Shown here: positions 31,111 through 33,812 of the stretch, piece after piece | How the letters are laid out: each line of letters opens with the position of its first letter | Position numbering within the stretch: position 1 is the stretch's first letter | Assembly: GCF_001194135.2 (NCBI RefSeq) | Contig: NC_068987.1 | Coordinates: 30,468,407-30,502,218, forward strand | DNA length: 33,812 nucleotides | Origin: Octopus bimaculoides | Taxonomy: Eukaryota | Reading direction: 5' to 3' | Made by a program: the position numbers and the translations under genes | Notes under the pieces: generated by a model | Told to the model about the DNA's origin: nothing | Seen by the model: the letters and a program-made list of their open reading frames with translations, nothing else | Databases searched by the model: none

Positions 31111-32769
31111 ATGGTGAGTAATGGATTGTCGCTACCAGTGCAGTTGTTGACAGTATCTGCACCTGATCGGTGGTATTAATGTATCGATTTTAAACACTAA
31201 TATATACGTCTCTTACCCACTTAATAAGGGATTTTAAAAATGGAATTGATTACCTCTACTTTATTTCATAAATATTTGCCATAAAGGCATTACAAAGAGG
31301 GGACGAACAAGGACAGACAAACATAAAAGGGGTGAAGTAGCTGTATCGATTAAGTATTTACAATTTTGAATATACAATAATAATTTGATTATATTTACAA
31401 TGTTCGATTAAAACACTGCTCATTACAGATGCAATTTGTAATGGCTTTCCTGAAGGATAGGCATCCGACCACCAGGGTAGACCCCTCTTTCTTTCCCTTG
31501 TTTTTGGTTCCCACTTACCTAGTTCCAAACACTCCCAGCTTCCTCGCCACATTCTTCCATCTTCTCATGAATCTGTCTTACCCTACTCAGTTCCGTATCT
31601 TGACGGCTAACCAACACCATCAATACGATCATCACTACNNNNNNNNNNNNNNNNNNNNNNNNNNNNNNNNNNNNNNNNNNNNNNNNNNNNNNNNNNNNNN
31701 NNNNNNNNNNNNNNNNNNNNNNNNNNNNNNNNNNNNNNNNNNNNNNNNNNNNNNNNNNNNNNNNNNNNNNNNNNNNNNNNNNNNNNNNNNNNNNNNNNNN
31801 NNNNNNNNNNNNNNNNNNNNNNNNNNNNNNNNNNNNNNNNNNNNNNNNNNNNNNNNNNNNNNNNNNNNNNNNNNNNNNNNNNNNNNNNNNNNNNNNNNNN
31901 NNNNNNNNNNNNNNNNNNNNNNNNNNNNNNNNNNNNNNNNNNNNNNNNNNNNNNNNNNNNNNNNNNNNNNNNNNNNNNNNNNNNNNNNNNNNNNNNNNNN
32001 NNNNNNNNNNNNNNNNNNNNNNNNNNNNNNNNNNNNNNNNNNNNNNNNNNNNNNNNNNNNNNNNNNNNNNNNNNNNNNNNNNNNNNNNNNNNNNNNNNNN
32101 NNNNNNNNNNNNNNNNNNNNNNNNNNNNNNNNNNNNNNNNNNNNNNNNNNNNNNNNNNNNNNNNNNNNNNNNNNNNNNNNNNNNNNNNNNNNNNNNNNNN
32201 NNNNNNNNNNNNNNNNNNNNAATTTTAAAATGCCGATTTTTGCCAATTTTTTGGCAGATTCGTATTCCCCGTTGCCGAAAAGGCGGGGTTGTGTCGAAAA
32301 AAAAAAAAATTTTTTAAAGGATGTTTTTTTTTTGTGGGGGGTGGAAGTTTTGCCTTCCTGTCTTCCCCTATTATCACCACCAAACAACACTACCCCCACC
32401 ATTATCACAAACAACACGACCTCTATATCAATACCAATCACTATCACCATAAATGCCACCATCACCGCCAACAACATTAATATCGACATCAACACTATCT
32501 TCACTGCCACCAATAACCCGAAGGGAGCAGTAACGTTATATTTCTTTCTCATCAAGGAGGAGCAGTGACGATTTAAAAAGTGGGCGACAAATTGCTATAA
32601 AATAAATTCAATAAAATGAAAATAGTTGTAAAATTATTCAACACCATGGCTAAGAAAGAATTATGTAGATGCAAACTATATTTTGTCTTCTCATTACTAG
32701 AAAAGGGGAGGAGGGTAGTGATCCACGCATTGGGAAGATCTAGAAATAGCAGTCAAATCTTCAAATAAT

Positions 32770-33210
32770 ATTACATTGTCTTCAATGTAAGGACACATTA
32801 TATAATGTAGTCCTTGATAGATGAGATGGTAATGGCAAGAACGCCTTGAATCATAGGTCTCTTCGATCAGAGCTGACCTGGGGTTAAACAACAACAGCCA
32901 TAAACTAATAATCTAAAAATAGCAACCAAATGTCTCAAATGACATCGTCTAACAAAATATCTTAGATAAGGTGGTCTTTGCTTTCACAATTGGAATGCTT
33001 TTGACCATAGATTTGCTCTAAGTTAAACAATAGCAACAGAAAGGGGAACAGCTTAGTAGTCGCTTCCCATGCTAAAAGAGCAGCCACTCCTGCCTCAAAT
33101 CACACCTCTAATGTGGTCCTACATACACTATATCTGAATAGAGGATAGGACAGTCATGGAAGGAACGCCTTAGTCCATAGGCTTAACCTGTGACTACGAG
33201 TAAATAACGC
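32770..33210 (+). repeat. Three degenerate tandem copies of a SINE-like 3' module (...GGAATGCCTTTGATCATAGG...GGGTTAAACAACAAC); other copies near 8790-8950, 9640-9870, 15010-15200, 25770-25930
   Basis: Motif blocks recur in-window. Confidence 0.55.
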
Positions 33211-33812
33211 TAGAGATGAGCCAATGAGGAGGCCTCTACATCAGTGGTTCTCAACCAGTGGCGGCTCGTGTATATGAACTGCAGCACCCCCTATTTGCAC
33301 TCGATATTATCGATAGCATTCAATATAATGAGTCATTTTTTCTTTAATTCTTTACATAATTGTAGTGAATCTTGCTGGTATGAAGTGGATTCGATCCACT
33401 ATACCCAAATTTAAATTAACACTGCGTCAGAACTTTTCCCACGGTGGAACAATGGTTGTGATCTGACAGCAGTTTAATATTTTCCAGATGCCTTTGGCTG
33501 GGCCGAAACAATGTCTCCACCACTTGACCCTTTCTAACCTCTTCTACTCCATCAAAATCTAGAATAGAGATAACAAGACCACCAGCTAAATCCATTGTTC
33601 TCAGTAATATATCTATCCTTCTAGATAGCTATAAAAACAAGAGACCCCAAGCCAAACAGTCAGTAGTCACTTGGCGACAACAGAGCGAAGCAACTCGTGA
33701 CAACTCAATTAGTTAGGGAATGGACATCTACAGATATAGTCACAAGCAGTCCGCCAGAAAAAGACAAACGACCAGAGGGAGAAAGAAGTTTACAACCAGC
33801 CAACTATGAGAC

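Noticed and set aside
32221-32345. Odd homopolymer-rich sequence next to the gap
   Set aside because: Looks like low-quality contig-end sequence. The following CAC/CAT-rich tract is low-complexity and its Ile/Thr/Asn-rich ORFs are spurious.

Overview
AT-rich, repeat-dense animal genomic DNA; the SINE/MITE landscape and microsatellites look like octopus (coleoid cephalopod), which is an inference. It has three assembly gaps (3998-4308, 28990-29798, 31639-32220). A complete 14-coding-exon USP39/Sad1 gene (U4/U6.U5 tri-snRNP pseudo-deubiquitinase) lies on the minus strand, from ATG at 30637 to TAG at 2086. All introns are GT-AG and phase-compatible, giving a 1539-nt CDS and 512 aa. The introns hold several tRNA-derived SINE families, RTE-LINE remnants, Tc1/mariner, hAT and piggyBac-like MITEs, and a hAT-Buster transposase remnant. 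The most unusual object lies about 0.7-1.2 kb downstream of the stop codon: a head-to-head dimer (847-1360) flanked by an 11-bp direct repeat. Each unit is a short element with a tRNA-like Pol III head, an (AAT)n linker and a 3' part containing a complete minimal type I hammerhead ribozyme motif of the kind known from Penelope-like retroelements. It is a candidate ribozyme-bearing SINE mobilised by Penelope-type machinery.
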